Positions 12,426 to 26,579 are shown, counted from the whole stretch's first letter. The stretch: 60,316 nt of DNA, filler included, from Sphacelaria rigidula (GCA_964200075.2; 5 parts of 5 records of this genome joined end to end with filler, not necessarily neighbours in it); one strand, 5' to 3'. The notes: generated by a model not told the origin, from the letters alone. Program-made: numbers and translations.

Positions 12426-12787
12426 GTAGCTACTTTGCTGCTGTTGCTCTTTTCTGGCGTACTCCGCACAGCTGTAGAGCAGCGCTGTACACCACCGTGG
12501 TGAGTAACAATACACAGCACAACGAATTGTAAGTTTTCTCTCATTTGACCCCCTCTCGAACAAATAATAATTTATTCTTCCGAGACAGTTTCGTCGCGAT
12601 CTAAGTCATTCGTAGCTACTTTGTTGTTGTTGTTTTCTTCTGGTGTACTTTGCACAGCTGTAGAGCAGCACTGTACATCGCCGTGATGAGTAACAATACA
12701 CAGCACAACGGACTGTAAGGTTTCTCTCATTGATCCCCCTTTCGGCCAAATAAATAACTAATTGTTCGGAGACAGTTTCGTCGCGAT
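12426..12787 (+). repeat. Two diverged tandem copies of ~186 bp, probably in the 5' LTR/leader of the Ty3 element
   Basis: gtagctactttg...gcacagctgtagagcag...gagtaacaatacacagcacaacg...gagacagtttcgtcgcgat occurs at 12426 and at 12612. Confidence 0.8.
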
Positions 12788-13415
12788 AAATACTCGTCTG
12801 TCACAGTCCAGACCTACGTTACGTGCCCATTTGGAGCAGACGGCACTCGAAACCAGTGCTCCTTGCCTGTGCACCACGCAGTCCGATCTTGCAGTCTACA
12901 TCCCAAGCTTTGTAGAAGCTTTTGTGCTGCCCTACGCTGCACGATCTTTCGGTGCTCATCAGAAACAAATTTCATTGAACACCGCCAGTCGTTTCTCAGC
13001 TTGTGCCGGGATAATAATGTTGTAGTCTGCCCGTGACGCCACAACCGATACACGTGTGGGCCGTACTACTTTCACGTATCAACGCTGCTACAGACAATTG
13101 GATTTTCGCTTTCTTCAACCCCATACGTCTGTTCTGTGCGCAATCCCGAGCTTCCGTTGATAGCTATTACCGCCACAACTTAGATAGTTGTATTAACCAG
13201 ACATCGGACATTGCTGTTACATACAGCAATTAGCTTGAATAATAATACTCGAGTTTATCAGATTCCCATGGTCCCCCCAGGCGCTATTAGGCTTCATTAT
13301 CCCGTATTTCTGGGTATAAGCTTTGGCCGTTGCACTTAGCATTTCTTGGTGTCACGCTCCTTTGATTAAAGCCCGACGACTAGACACACTGCCCCTGCCC
13401 TTTTAAGCACACAAG

Positions 13416-16400
13416 TTGTGTACGACTATCATGTCGCACAGAAATAACGCTGGCTCTCCCCCTCAATTGCGAAACCAATCGCTTCGTCGAACACGAAGCC
13501 AAACCACTGGCGGTCCGAAACCTTTTAATATGAGTGTCACGTCACCTTCAACCCATCGACGCACGTATGCGAACGCTGTTCGATCTTCGGGATCTAGAGA
13601 CCAACGTTCGAGCGATGCTTGTTCTTCGAGGCTTGAAGACAAGGTTATGTCGCCGCGACCTGTTCTCTCACGTTCCGACTCGGACTCAGAGAATAGGCTT
13701 GTGCCACCGGCTGAGTCATTGGCTCCTGATGGACATGTCAGTGAACCCGTAACGGTGGATTCCGTAGCACCCTCCTCGCTGCGTCCTGTTCTTCCAAATC
13801 CCAATGTGGAATCCGAAGTCAAGATTGTGCCCCCAGCTGAGTCGTTGCCTCTGGACTCACGCGTCCAGCTTGGCCCTGTAACAGTTGCTTCAACCGTGGC
13901 ACCCCGTCGCATAACGGCTGACAACTCTCGAGACGATTCAGTCCCGGCGAAGCGTATCGCTTCTGGAGCAAGAGACTTTGTCACGCGGGCTGCTTCCGTT
14001 ACGGACCCCCATCGCACGACACTCGGTAGTCCCGTGCGCCCTGCTGCACAGTCCAATGTCGGACCAGCAGTCGCGGCCATGCATTCTGCGCTGCAGACTA
14101 TGCATCGCACTTCCTCGGCGTCGTCGCATTCGCCAGCTTCAGCTCTCATCGAGACATTTACCGCTTTCTGCCAGGCCACGCTCCAAGATCAATCGGCGTC
14201 TGCTCATGTGCAATTCAACGATGATGCTGCACCTGCCACGCCCAAACCCGTACGTTTGGCGCCCCGGTCGGCGACATCGCGTCCTCCGTTCGCCATTCAT
14301 GAAAAATTCAACGAAAATGAGTCCAGCCTCTCCTCAACGTCAAACCAGAGTCTTGCTCGCGCTTCTGACCGGCGTCGCACACCGACAGTTGGTCACAACC
14401 ACGTCACCCGTGCTGGCAGTTCGAAGGTCAACTTCTAGCAAAGCTTGAATTCATCGCGCATTTTTACACGTCCGAAGAATGCCGCTCATGGTCGTACATA
14501 TGACGGTAGTTCACGCCACAGTTCCAATTCATCACGCGCTCAGAAGCGCCCGGTGAATGTCAACCGTGACCGTACTCACGAGGATGATTCGCGGCACAGA
14601 TCAAGTTCATCGCGCGTTCACTCACGCTTGAAGAACACTGATCATGCGACCGCGCGCACCCCTCCTGCTCTACCTCAGTCACGCCGCCGTCATTTACGCA
14701 ATAATAACACCGTACATGCGGGCGATATTCAAAATATATTTTCGGACTTGTCACCGGCTCTGGAATCCTCAATTGAGGGATCCGGCCGCACTTTATGGCA
14801 AAACCGACGACCCCGCAATGACCGCGATCTACCGTCCCGCTCCGACGCTACGCTTATTCGCTCTCTTCTACAATGATTGACAGAACTTGAGCGACAACTC
14901 TCAACCATGGCGACTTCAAGAATCACTGCCACCGCTGACAAGACTACCACGGAGCCCACGAGCGTTCCCGCAGCTACTGCTGCCGCTACAACCGCTGCTA
15001 TCGCCGCTGCTACCTTGGCCACTGCGCCTTCTGCCGCCCCCACGACGGGTCCTACACCCGCCGCCGCCCTGTCTGCGGTTGACACTGATGCTGATAGTGG
15101 TCCAACCAGTGGCCCGGTTGAGGATGCCCCCGTGCGCTCGCCCTCATCTGTGGAGGATCTCCCTCCGCTCGGCGACGAGCGATGCCCTACTGGCCTCCTC
15201 GTGAGGCTCTTTCGGAACCGCCCTCGCGCGGAGCAGCTGGAGCTCATCAAGGATTACGCCTCACATGCACCGGCACTGGCTCACGATGTCCTGGAGCAGC
15301 AGAGGGAGGCCGACGCTGCTGTGGCACGCGTCATGGCCGAAGAACACGCCTCAAAGCATCTACGCCTTCAGCGCCAGGCTACTCGGGCGCAGACTACCAG
15401 CTCCGCGGCCCAACGCGCGTTACAGGAAGGCTGCACTGCTGCGTTTGCGGCTCAGCAGCGCGTTAAGGAACTCGAGGAATATGTCCGCCAAACTGCTCAA
15501 GACGCGGCCACATCGGTGGCCCGTCTCTCCAACCATCCGGCCTTTCCGCCGTCGATCGGCAACACGCCCGGTGGTCGCGCCCACCGCCAGCCAACGACCG
15601 ACATGTCTACTTACGTAATACCACGTAAGTCCGACAGTACGTCGTATGCTGCGGCCGCTGCCGCCCCCACGACGGCCCCAACACATCCGCCTCGTGCACC
15701 TACATCGGCGGCCGATACCCGCCTGACGCCAGGTCTGCAACTTGCACCTCACGAACGAGTGTAGCTTTCTCGTTCCGCGGCCGACCATACAGGTCCTTTC
15801 CGCCGCGGCAACCACCTCGACTGCTCCCGGGAAGCATGGACCCTGATTTCGCAGCGAATGCTCTACGCCGTTAGTGTTTACGTGGAACAGGGCGGCTTCT
15901 TCACCAATGAGGGCGTATCGGTGCTCACCTTGGGCCAACTGGTCCTTCAAACGACTATCGGCGATCATCCGCAACACCAGAGTTACGTCGACGCTGTCGC
16001 CAAACGTTTTGCGGCGCTCTGCGTTGCTTACAACCCTCATCCCGGCGCCACCATCGCCGACGAAGACGAGGATGAAGATGGGTGGACTCCCGCAACCACC
16101 AACTGCCGGGGTCACAAGAAGAGCCACCGGAGAGATGACGACAACGATGGCGGAGGCTCACGCAGCCGGCATGGTGGTGGAGGATCTTCTTCGGGCGGTT
16201 CCGGAACGAACCGCCCGGCTCGCAACCCCCGCGACGCGCCTCTCAAGAAAACCGGAGGTAATTCTTCCGGATCTTCCGCGACCGGCTGGAACCGGTCCGG
16301 TACAGACTTTCCCCCCTCGGGTCCGGCGATCCCCAGGCAAGTGATCCCTAAATTGGCTGATGTTTCGGCCCGCATTTTAGGTTTGTCCGATACGGACACA

Positions 16401-17812
16401 CCTGACCGTCCTTTGTCTTCTACTGCAGCCCGCGCTTTAGCAACCGCTGCGGCTGACAAAGAACGTTTCGAAGCTAGTAAAAGAGCAGCTTCCGGTAGAG
16501 CTGAGTCTGCCCGAGTAGCTGCAATACAGAGACAGTCTATTCAGATGGATGTGAAAAAACTCTGGCACATTAAAACCATGTCTGCTGCGGATAACGAAGA
16601 TTCGGGCCAGTTTATCTCTGCCCTTATCACGCCCATTCGCCGCACTGTTTGTAACATCCTTCACTTGGTGGATACGACTGGCACACAACGTTCCGAAGAT
16701 TCCCACTGGGTAGAGGGCTGGCAGACTCCCTTGCACGAACCATTGCATCGATCCATCAGCCGCCGCTCTCCCGACATCGCTGCTTCTTTAACGCAGATTC
16801 TCGACGGCTTCCTCACCAAAATGGATCCGGACCATGCCAAGGGGAAGACAGACCCGGTATTACTCTCTGACTTGGAGAGGCGTTTAATTGGCTACTTCGA
16901 CAAAGGTGACCAAGCCAGCGCCATCCAGAGGCTGAATTCTTTTGTCGTCGCATCAGATGTCCCCTTCGCGGATTGTCTCCGCGAATTTCAGGTTTTGTTT
17001 TCGGGTACTACGGGTGTCGGACTTCAAAACGGACCGAGCGATGCAATATGTCAGGCTTACGTTCGCAATAGCATTGCTCAACAGTATCCGGCGCGATGCC
17101 GTCGTTGTTTCCGGGTGTCTTGGCGCATCGCGAGGTGCCTTACGCCTCCGTTGATACTATGTGGTCTGCTTTCGTACACCAAGACGGTAATCTAACGCCC
17201 ACCATACGTGGCAAACCTTCTACGTCTATGCGTTTACAACCTACGGTTGTGTCTTCCGCTCATGCCCAAGGGGCTCGCGGCTGGAATTCGAGCTCATCTT
17301 GCGCTCCATGGACCCCCAACTCGGTCGCCAGTTCCGCTATGCCTGTTCAGAGTACCAGAGATGCATTCAGCGCGAGTTTTGATGGTTGGCCGTTTTTCGA
17401 GGAAACTTGGAATGATGTTTATTTGACTTCAACAACGGCATTCATTGCAGATGACCCCCATTTGTGGAACCCACTTATTTCGTCTTTCGCTAGACGCAAT
17501 GCCTTCAGCAGTCATGCCAACAGTTGCAGCAACTGTAGTGTTCAAGGCCACAGTATGTGCGGCTGCGACAGTCCATGCATCAATGCCTTTGATCTCATGA
17601 ATCCTGAATTGCAGGACAATGAACCCGCGTGGCGCCGATGGCAAAAACGCATGCGCGACTACCGCCCACCTTATCGAAATTGCCGTAACAATTCGAATCC
17701 ACGTGGCATCAAAAGCCCTAATCGCGGTCGCCGACAAAACAACAATCACTCAAGCCCTAGCCAGAACGATCACAATTCTCGCGACAACAAACGTTCCGCT
17801 GATAGACATTAG
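13416..17812 (+). pseudogene. gag: Broken gag-like region (ORFs 13416-14438, 14877-15764, 15858-17195, 17096-17812)
   Basis: Consecutive same-strand low-complexity ORFs ending in a C-x2-C-x4-H-x4-C knuckle (CSNCSVQGHSMCGC, ~17525-17566) upstream of pol. Confidence 0.6.
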
Positions 17813-18837
17813 CGGACGGGACCGACACAAAGCTCGAATCCCAACACCAGAAACCCTGGTACCTTCACTACGAATCGCCTAGATCCATGACGTGCCGACG
17901 CCGGCGTTCTTCGGTCTTCCACGCTGCCGACAGCACGAGCGAAACCTTTCTCAACGCAGCCCGCGGAGTCCGTGTCTAAAATTGCTCACTCGCCTCCCCC
18001 GGCACTATCCAGAAGCGCAACTGGCGGCCGTTCAAATCAACCTCCACACACTTTTCAACACAGCCCGCAGAGCCCGCGACTAAGATTTTTCGCCCGGCTC
18101 TCCCGGCACTATGCAGGAATGCATCTGACGGTCGTTCATATTGACAACCGTCTTCACCCCTCCACATACCGTGTAACAGTTGTGTCACCCCGCGATTCAG
18201 ACCTACACCCGGCCTTGAACTTAGCCCTTCAGTGCCGACTATAAGTCTGAGGTGTGTTAGGACCAACCGCCAGTTCCTGAGGCAATGGCTTCCCTCAGCG
18301 ACCGCACGCACAGGTAGTAGCAAGCCTTTTCAGCTGACCCAAGTGTTGCTGGTTTGAGCTTGACCATATCAGATCATGTAATTCCCAATCAGTTGGATCG
18401 AGCTCCTTCCACGCGATTTTCAACACGCACGGACCTACCTTCGGCCGGTTCTAATAACAACCACACCAACATATCTTCGGCTATGACCCACCAGCCAAGC
18501 TTGCCTACGGAAAGCAGCCCACAAGTTCGCTCCGTCATGCCCCCATGCTGACCCCATCCGCGCAACTGGACGAAGTTGTGGTTTCATCCCAAAATGGTTT
18601 GGAAATTCCCCGACCTTTGTCACGGCGAAAGAGGAAGCCCCGTAAGCATGCCCCCAAGGACATCACGTACACCTTTTTCGAGCGGAAATCCTCGACCTCA
18701 ATCTCTCCAAAATGCGACGACTTTGAGTTCGACGGCTCTATCAAAAATCTCGGAAGAAACACAATCAAATCATTCTGACGGCACTACTCCCTCAATCGAC
18801 GACTCCAGCCCCGCACATTCTGGATCCCCCTTGGACG

Positions 18838-21800
18838 GTGATCCCTGTCAACCAAAGACGATCATTTACGAAATCGCCAATGGTCACTCTGATCGTACCA
18901 CAACCTGGAAATAGTATACCGTCCACCCCCTTCTCTGGTGAGACATCTGACCCACCGGCGGATCACCCGCCGTACGTTTTTTCTGTCAGCCCCGCTGATC
19001 CTGACCAATTTACCTTGCCGGAACACGGTCCGGATCTTGTCGGCGGTGAAGTGTCTGTAGATCTGGCCACTTTCACTACACGCGTTGCGATCCATTCCGG
19101 TCCAAACGCTATCACGCCCACGAAATGCGTATCCTTGTTGGACAGCGGCAGCCCGCAAACATTTATTCGAGAATCAACATGGAAACACATGAAACAGACT
19201 GGCGCTGCAACTGCAGCTTGCGAAACCACCACTAAACCTCGCGTGTGGAGCGGTTTCGGTGATTGTGCCGCACCACTGACGACACGTAAACCCGTACGTC
19301 TCAGTGTACGATGCTTTCACAACACCACTCGATCTGCCAGCCTGGCAGTCTGGGCATACATTGTCCCCGACAGCACAATGTATCACGCCATATTATTGGG
19401 CAGAGATAGCTACATGCGGTTTAATAAACGCACCTACCGCACGCTTCCACCACTAGCGCCATATTCCACGCCTCGTGGAGAATTCAACCTCGAGCACTTC
19501 GGCACTCTCCACGGCGCCCTGGCTTTCCAGAAGAATCCTCAAGCAACTGGAGCTGCTAGCCACCTACGATACAACGATAGCGTTGGTATTACACTCTCCG
19601 ACGACCCCCAACTTCTAGAAGTTGCACTAGTTCGCCGAAATGGCATGCCAGCACTTACGGGCCATTATGTTGCTGAATGTTGCCCCGTATTGGCGCTCCA
19701 GCCGACACAGAACATGTTGTGTCGGCGGGACAACAACTCCTCCCTCTTACGGTTCATGCCAACTTGGAACCCGGCGATGTTTTAGGAATCGCCGCTGCTC
19801 CCGTGATGCACATCCCACTCGAGACGTGCGTAACAGAGCCTGCCGCGCCAAACGCCACATCTCAGGCGGAGTCAGTTCATTGTGTCGATGAACCTTATTT
19901 CGACCTCGCCTCTGCGACTCCACCTCAGGTCCACACCGTGGATCCTGCCCAGTCAAATTTCGATCCTCCTGCTGAAGTGCTTCAACGCTTATCACCATAC
20001 TCTTGGAATAGTTTCTTGCACAGGTGGAACCAACTGCCGCCATACACGCACGACATCAGTTTGACCTTCATGGGCCCGGCCGGGAAGCGGCAGTCATCCG
20101 AGAACTCAGTGATGTCCTGCTACAGTACCAAGACCGATTTTCCCGATCCAAGATGGATCCTGGGCATGCAAAATACTGCCCTTTGAGGTTGCCCTTCAAC
20201 CCGGTGTCTCGCCGATTTCTTCTCGGTCATACCGAACAAACCCGATCCTTACCAAGAAAGTTAACGCCATCTTGGATGCGTATTTGGGAGCGGGATTAAT
20301 ACAACATTCCTCCTCTCCTTGGGCCTCGCCCCTTGTGGTCGTTCCCAAAAAGGATGGAAACATACGCATGACCGTGAACTATCAACGGTTGAACCGCGTC
20401 ACTGTAGTCGGTAAACTTCCAATTCCCCGCATTGATGAAGTCTTCGACTCCTTAGGCGAAGGAAAAATATTCAACACCTTCGATCTCGCTTCTGGATTTT
20501 TTCAGAATGCTATACATCCTGACACAGTCCCACTGACGGCTTTTGTACCTCGTCCGGACTCTATGAGTGGCTTCGAATGCCACAAGGCGCCGCCACTGCC
20601 CCGGGATACTTTCAACGCTTAATGAAACGCGTCACCGAGGGCCTCGAGCACATCATTATGTACCTGGATGACGCTATCGTTTTCGATGCCTCACCTATTG
20701 CACATATCCGCACTCGACGAGAATCTCTCTCTCGCCTACGCACGCACGATTTGAAACTGTCTCCATTCGAAGCTCGCCTTGGTGCAGCTGACTTGGATTT
20801 CTTGGTCGCCAGTAGACCTGCATCCGGATACAAACAAAGCCAAGGCGATGACTGATTTACCGATGCCAACTAACATTTCTCAACTTCGCTCATTGCTGGG
20901 CGGGCTATCCTACTACCGCACGGTTTTGCCGAATTAATCTAAACGGATTCGCCCCCTTACTGGGTTACTCAAGAGAGGAGCCGTGTTTTCCTTCACAACC
21001 GAAATGGAGAATATCACCCGCGAATTACACAAGACGCTTACCGAAAAGCCGGTTTTCTGCTTTCTTGATTGGGAGGCAGAACAAGATGGCTCCCGCCTTT
21101 TCCAACTCCACACTGACGCCAGCACAAACGGATTTGGAGGAATTTTGAATCAACCTCAGGTTGATGGCTCCGTCCGACCCATCCTTTATATCAGCCGCGC
21201 TACCCTGCCCAACGAGGCCAAGTGGAGCCGGCTAGAACTGGAAGGCGGAGTGATCACCTGGGCCGTTAAGCTCCTTCGACAATATCTGTTTCACGTGCCC
21301 TTTGAAATCTTCACAGATCACGGAGCACTCGAACAACTCGCCAAGGTTGGCGAACACAACCCGCGTGTATAACGATGGTTGGAGTTTCTAACAGCATACC
21401 AGTATACCATTAAGCACCGTCCAGGCAAAACCAACGGGAACGCTGATCTTCTTTCTCGCCTACCTCTGCCGCCTACGGCCGCAGATTCCAGCCCGGCTTG
21501 CCATTTAACGGAACCCGATGAGCCCGGAATTTACGCGATCAGATGTTTTTCAACACCCGTTTACGCCCTCGACCTTCAGTGCCCGAAAACCGGTATGCAT
21601 ATGGGAGGACCCCGCCCGCCCTCTACCATATGACGCCGTCTTGGGTGGGTTAAGCCCACTACGTCCGATTTTGTCGATTTCCGCACTTTCGGTACTGGCG
21701 CGAAGCTCTTCGCGAAGACACCTTCAGCCACCCACCTAATCTCCGACAACACGCGCTCTCGGTCTGCCGCCCGGATCATAACGAGTGCCCCGCTGCCACC

Positions 21801-23986
21801 GATAACACCTACAAATCCCACGAGCTACGCAGCACAAGTTCCACGGACCAGCACGCAACGCTCCGCGAAAACTCCTACGACGTGCACCACGCGTGATGGA
21901 CAATCTTCGCCGCGCACTGATTCAGCCCCACTGCCCACCACGGCGCCGCCAACATTAACCGCTCCCGAGCACGGCGCTGACGACTTAGCTCCTGTCTCCG
22001 GAACAAATATTGACGTCGGCATTTCTGCCCCGCCGCCTGTTCCCCCGCCGCCTGCCCCACCATGTTTGGTCGGCTCGCCAGCGGGAGGTCAACTACGCGA
22101 GTTTCTCGCCAGCTACTATCACCGCCATTGGGCTCGCGAACAAAACGCAGAACCTCTATGTCGCGCAGCCATCCGGTACTTACAACTCGACTGTCCAGTC
22201 CCTTTTCCATCCACTCTTCTGGTTGGCACACTGCCACCACCAATTATTTCTGACGTATACGAGCTCGTGTGTAAAGGCACCCTTTTTACCACGGATGAAG
22301 GTGTGCAACTACTCGTGCGTCGGCCCACGCCTTTGACGGGCGCAATTGCCGCCTCAACCACGGGACGTACCGCACGACTACTCAGTGACGAACCAACGCG
22401 CATATATGTGCCATTATAAATGCGCCCCTGGGTCAGGAAAGGCTGTCACACAGACTTGTCATGTCACCTTGGCGTCACCCGCACCCTCGCGCTTTTGGAA
22501 CGCTTCTACTGGTGGGTTGGCATTGAAAATTCAACCCGCTTCTGGATTCGGCGATGCTTCAAATGCCAAGCCCGAAAAACTTCACGACAGACAGTACACT
22601 GGCCCGTCATCTCTATGGGACTCCCCGACGAGCCCGGCCACCTTGTGTCCTTTGACTACTTTGGCCCCCTACCGACCACAGGTCGCGGCAACATCTACAT
22701 CTCACTCTTCACTGACCGCTTCAGCCGCCACGCGTCCATGTACGCGGTAACCGCCGCAGATTTCACTGCCGCCGGAACGGCCGACATATTGGTCCACGGT
22801 TACATTAAGCACTGCGGTTGCCCAAAGCGGCTCCTTTCAGACAATGCTCAGCACTTTTGTTCAGATCTCTCTGATGAGCTTTACAAGCTCCTGGGCATCC
22901 GCAAAATTGGCACGAGCGCCTACCACCCGAACGGTAACGGTGGTACCGAAAGAATTAATCACACCATGGCCCAGATGCTCTCGATGGTTGTCAATGACCT
23001 CCAAAATGACTGGGACCTACATCGTTCGCACATCATCTTGTCCTACAACAACTCGATTAATGCCGCCACAGGCCTTTCTCCGAACGAACTCCATCTTGGA
23101 CGTTACCCTCGGCTGCTTATCACCGTGTTTGAGCGCCACACGTTTGACGGCCACCAAGGATTGGATCAGGACCAGATATCCTACCACGAGCTAGCGCATG
23201 CACGACAACGCGAAGCGTTTACCCTCGTGCGCGAACAACACGCTATCAACACCTCTCACCTGAACAGATCTAAAACTGATCCCTACAACCTCATGCATAA
23301 ATGCCTTAACTGGAAAGTTGGTGATTGAGCTTGGATCTACAACCGTTTGTCGACCATCCGCCAAGGCACCAGCAAAGCAGGCAACGGAACAATTTTGAAG
23401 GCAAAATTTTCCCTCAATTGGACAGGACCATTCAAGATCCTGACAGTTGGACCATCGTCATCGTCACCGGATACAAAACCCGTTGGTGACAAAGTGCTCT
23501 ATCTCGACTTGCCTCGCGACTTCCAGGGCAAGGACACCAAACCCCGCGTCTCCGCGCACAGATGCAAACCCTGCACGAACCTGCATGATACAAGTGACAT
23601 GCCCAAGTACTTGCCTGCCAGACTCACACACTAAGTTCTCAACAGCTACTCGGCCAAGTCCCCGCCCTACCACGTTACAACCGACGACTTGACGGAACAG
23701 CCCCTTCGATTGACAGTGTTTACCATCTCCGGCCACCAGATAACCCATGGTCGAGGTGGCAAAATCGCTGTCATGTATAAGACACACTGGCACGGTCTTC
23801 GGAGAGCGTCTTGGGAACGCGAATCCGACCTTCAATTGCACCGCCGTGCAATCCTCCTGTACTGGACGTAATCCCAACATCAGCATCTTGCTCACAACAA
23901 GAAATATCGCAACATGCGTCGTGGCGCAGCAGCCCGCGAACTTCACCGCGATCAGGGACTACGCTTCGTCGCCGATGGCTACGAAC
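18838..23986 (+). pseudogene. pol: Ty3/Gypsy pol pseudogene
   Basis: Protease LLDSGS (~19135) and ILLGRD; RT SPWASPLVVVPKKDG..RMTVNYQRLN, FDLASGFFQ, MPQG, YLDD (~20660); RNase H LHTDAS...FEIFTDH; integrase HLGVTRT..CFKCQ, FDYFGP, SDNA, AYHPNGNGGTERIN; chromodomain MYKTHWHGLRRASWERESDL. Confidence 0.93.
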
Positions 23987-24073
23987 GACACTTTTTACGA
24001 TAGGCCTTCCCCAAAACCAGCTCAAAAGTGTCACAAAAATAATGACCATACAGCGCCTGATGTTTGGGTTCAT
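23987..24073. mobile_element. Partial GACAC-TIR MITE inserted in the Ty3 element, cut by the contig end
   Basis: gacactttttacgataggccttccccaaaaccagctcaaaagtgtcac matches the reverse complement of 39570-39656. Confidence 0.85.
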
Positions 24074-24173
24074 NNNNNNNNNNNNNNNNNNNNNNNNNNN
24101 NNNNNNNNNNNNNNNNNTTAATTAATTAANNNNNNNNNNNNNNNNNNNNNNNNNNNNNNNNNNNNNNNNNNNN
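24074..24173. other. Artificial contig linker
   Basis: N44-TTAATTAATTAA-N44. Confidence 0.98.
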
Positions 24174-24299
24174 AAGACGATCTGACTCGAAATGTCGAGC
24201 AACAAATGGCTCAAAAATACCCCCCCCCCCATCGTAGGATGACTCGGACAAGGAAAGCTATGCAATCGTAAGTACTTTACGTAGGTTTGAATATCCTCT

Positions 24300-26089
24300 A
24301 TGGAATGTTTACATATCTTCACCGATCATCGTGACCTAGCATATATTTTGAACCCCGAGGCGTGCGTTGCATCCGTGTCTAGGACTGCTGCTCAGAGGCT
24401 CGAGCAATGGAAGGCTGTGCTCGGGCAGTACGATTGCTCCATGAGGCACATTGCTGGTGAGCGCAACTGCTGGGGAGATTCATTGTCATGATGGGTAAAT
24501 AAATATTCTGGCGGTGTCTGTGCGTGCTGCGGCCGTGTTTACGAGCGGTCAGCCTGATGAAACGCTGCCGGCAAAGAACGCCAATCGTGAGGCCCAAGAG
24601 CAGGCCCAAGCCGGGTTCGGAGTGATGGTTGCTGGAGCCCCTACTTTTGCAGCAGCTGAGGGGCGACTTTCAAAAGACGGTAAGGGTTTATTTCGCATGC
24701 ATGTGGCAGGGCGGAATGTGTTGTGGATAACGCCGCAAGCAAAAGACCTGCAAACACGCTTGATGGTGTGTGCTCACATGAAGGAGGCGGGTCATCGGGG
24801 TGTTGTGGCGACACTGCAGCGGCTGCAAGAGGTCGCTGTTGGTTTCAGATGGAAGCTCATGTGAGATCTTGTGAGGAAATGCTTGCATTGTGTGGACTCG
24901 AAAGCAGGTGAGACGGTCCCGCGGCCACTAGGGGAGATAGTGCATGGCACACGGCCCGACGAGGTGATACATTTCAATTATCTGTACGTTGGTGAAAGTG
25001 GTCCGCTGGGCGAAAGCGGCCTGGATGAAGGCGACGGGTACAAGTACATATTTTTAATAATGAATGATCTGTGCAATTTCGCGTGGTTGGAGTCCACCGA
25101 GTTTTGTACAGCTGCAGCGAAGGTGCAGCATCCGTTGACGTGGTGCAAGGCGTTGGGTCCGCCGGAGGTCTGAGTTAGTAACACCGCATCGCATGTCAAG
25201 AACCATGTGATGCGAGCATTGGAGAAGGCGCTGAAGCTGGACAGGAGGTCCGCGGTTCCCAACTCGCTGTGGTGAAACAGTACGTGTGAAAGAATGATGC
25301 GAGAGGCGCGACGTTCGTGACTGGGTGGGACTGGTGCCTACCGTACAGTGGGCATTGAACACCGCATTCCGCGAGCGCTACGCCAGTACGCCATACCATG
25401 TGATATTTGGACGGGCGCCGCGCACAAGTTTTTCAACCCTGGCATCGTCGACTGGCGGCGAGTGGCGACTTGATGTGCTGGATGAGGACATGCTGCGGGA
25501 GAAGGTGGCAGCAGTCGTGGAGGCGCAGCAAGCGTTGCACAAGGAGGTGGCGCAGCGTGTTGACAAGACTCGTGAACTGCAGCGACGTGTAGCTAGTGAG
25601 GGATAGTTGCCAAATTTCATGGTGGGTGATTATGTGTTGGCTGCGAGGGTTAGGCGCTCAGGAACAACGCCAAAACTTGTAAGTATGTGGACAGGACCGT
25701 GGAGGATTGTGGCAGCGGAGCATCAGCATGTGTACGAGATTCAGAATATCGTCAACGGAGAGGTGAAGGGCGCGCATGTCTCCCGTCTACGGTACTACGC
25801 GGATAAGGAGCTGGCGGTCACTGCGGATCTGAAGAAAATGTTCCAGTATGCGTTTGCGCAAGGAGAATTCGAAATGGAGGCGATCGTTGACTTGTCCGAG
25901 GCTCAAGACGGTGATGGGTTCGTTGTACACGTGGAATGGGTAGGTTTCGGCAAGGATGAGAGCTCGTGGGAGCCACTGGAAATCATTTTGGAAGGAGCCC
26001 CGCAGTTTGTACGTTCTGAATTGCGTAAGTCGCCACTAACAAAGCAGGTACGGGCGCGTTCGCGGGCTAAGTATGGGCTCAACCTCTGA
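24300..26089 (+). pseudogene. pol: Second Ty3/Gypsy family: RNase H end, integrase and chromodomain (degenerate)
   Basis: HIFTDHRDLAYI...HIAGERNCWGDSLS; AHMKEAGHRGV..CLHC; HFNYLYVG; VQWALNT; WTGPWRI; chromodomain FEMEAIVD...VHVEWVGFGKDESSWEPLE. Confidence 0.9.
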
Positions 26090-26270
26090 TTGATTGGCTT
26101 TCAAGCTGTGATTGGTTGTTGGCGTAGTTCATGGATTCTACTATGTAATTTGGTGAACGTTCAGTACACCGCTTGGTTGTTGTTTACCTAACATGTGTTA
26201 GGATTATACTGGGGGGGGGCATCGCGATTTGACCTGATGCGATCTGGTAATGCTTGTCTCTTGTTGACAT

Positions 26271-26550
26271 TGTAGGGTACTGTCGGTGTCCACTGTTTTG
26301 TCTAATTCGCTTTCTACTTCGAGTAGTGCGAAGTTTTGGAGGATGCCTGTAGAGTAGTTCACCTACAGTATCCATGCAACGTGTCGGTATGCGGTGGATC
26401 CTGGATTGATTGTTCGTGAGGAAAGCCCGTGAAGCTTTCTTCTGGTTAACAAAGACTGCCGTTTGTATAACTGCTTGAAGTCTTGAAGTCTCTGGAGCCC
26501 GTGACTGGGAGGAAGCCTCTGGAGCAGCACTGTAACCTTGTCCTGATTGC
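26271..26550 (+). repeat. Probable 3' LTR (partial); related copies at ~30300-30545 and ~33601-33856
   Basis: Follows pol and a G-run (~26210). Shared blocks aaagactgc..taactgcttga..gcccgtgac.ggga.gaagcctctggagcagcactgt recur at ~30413 and, more diverged, at ~33775. Boundaries approximate. Confidence 0.6.
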
Positions 26551-26579
26551 AGGCACGTTCACAAGCTGCGTGGTATATT

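Larger units (their letters stand above)
12180..23986 (+). mobile_element. Degenerate Ty3/Gypsy chromovirus-type LTR retrotransposon (3' end lost at a MITE/contig break; 5' boundary approximate)
   Basis: Domain order: CCHC knuckle, protease, RT, RNase H, integrase, chromodomain, with many stops and frameshifts. Confidence 0.92.

Noticed and set aside
12945-12965. Minus-strand CTGATGAGCACCGAAA, resembling a hammerhead ribozyme core
   Set aside because: No supporting stem I or stem III pairing. The CTGATGA at ~56242 also lacks a correctly placed GAAA.
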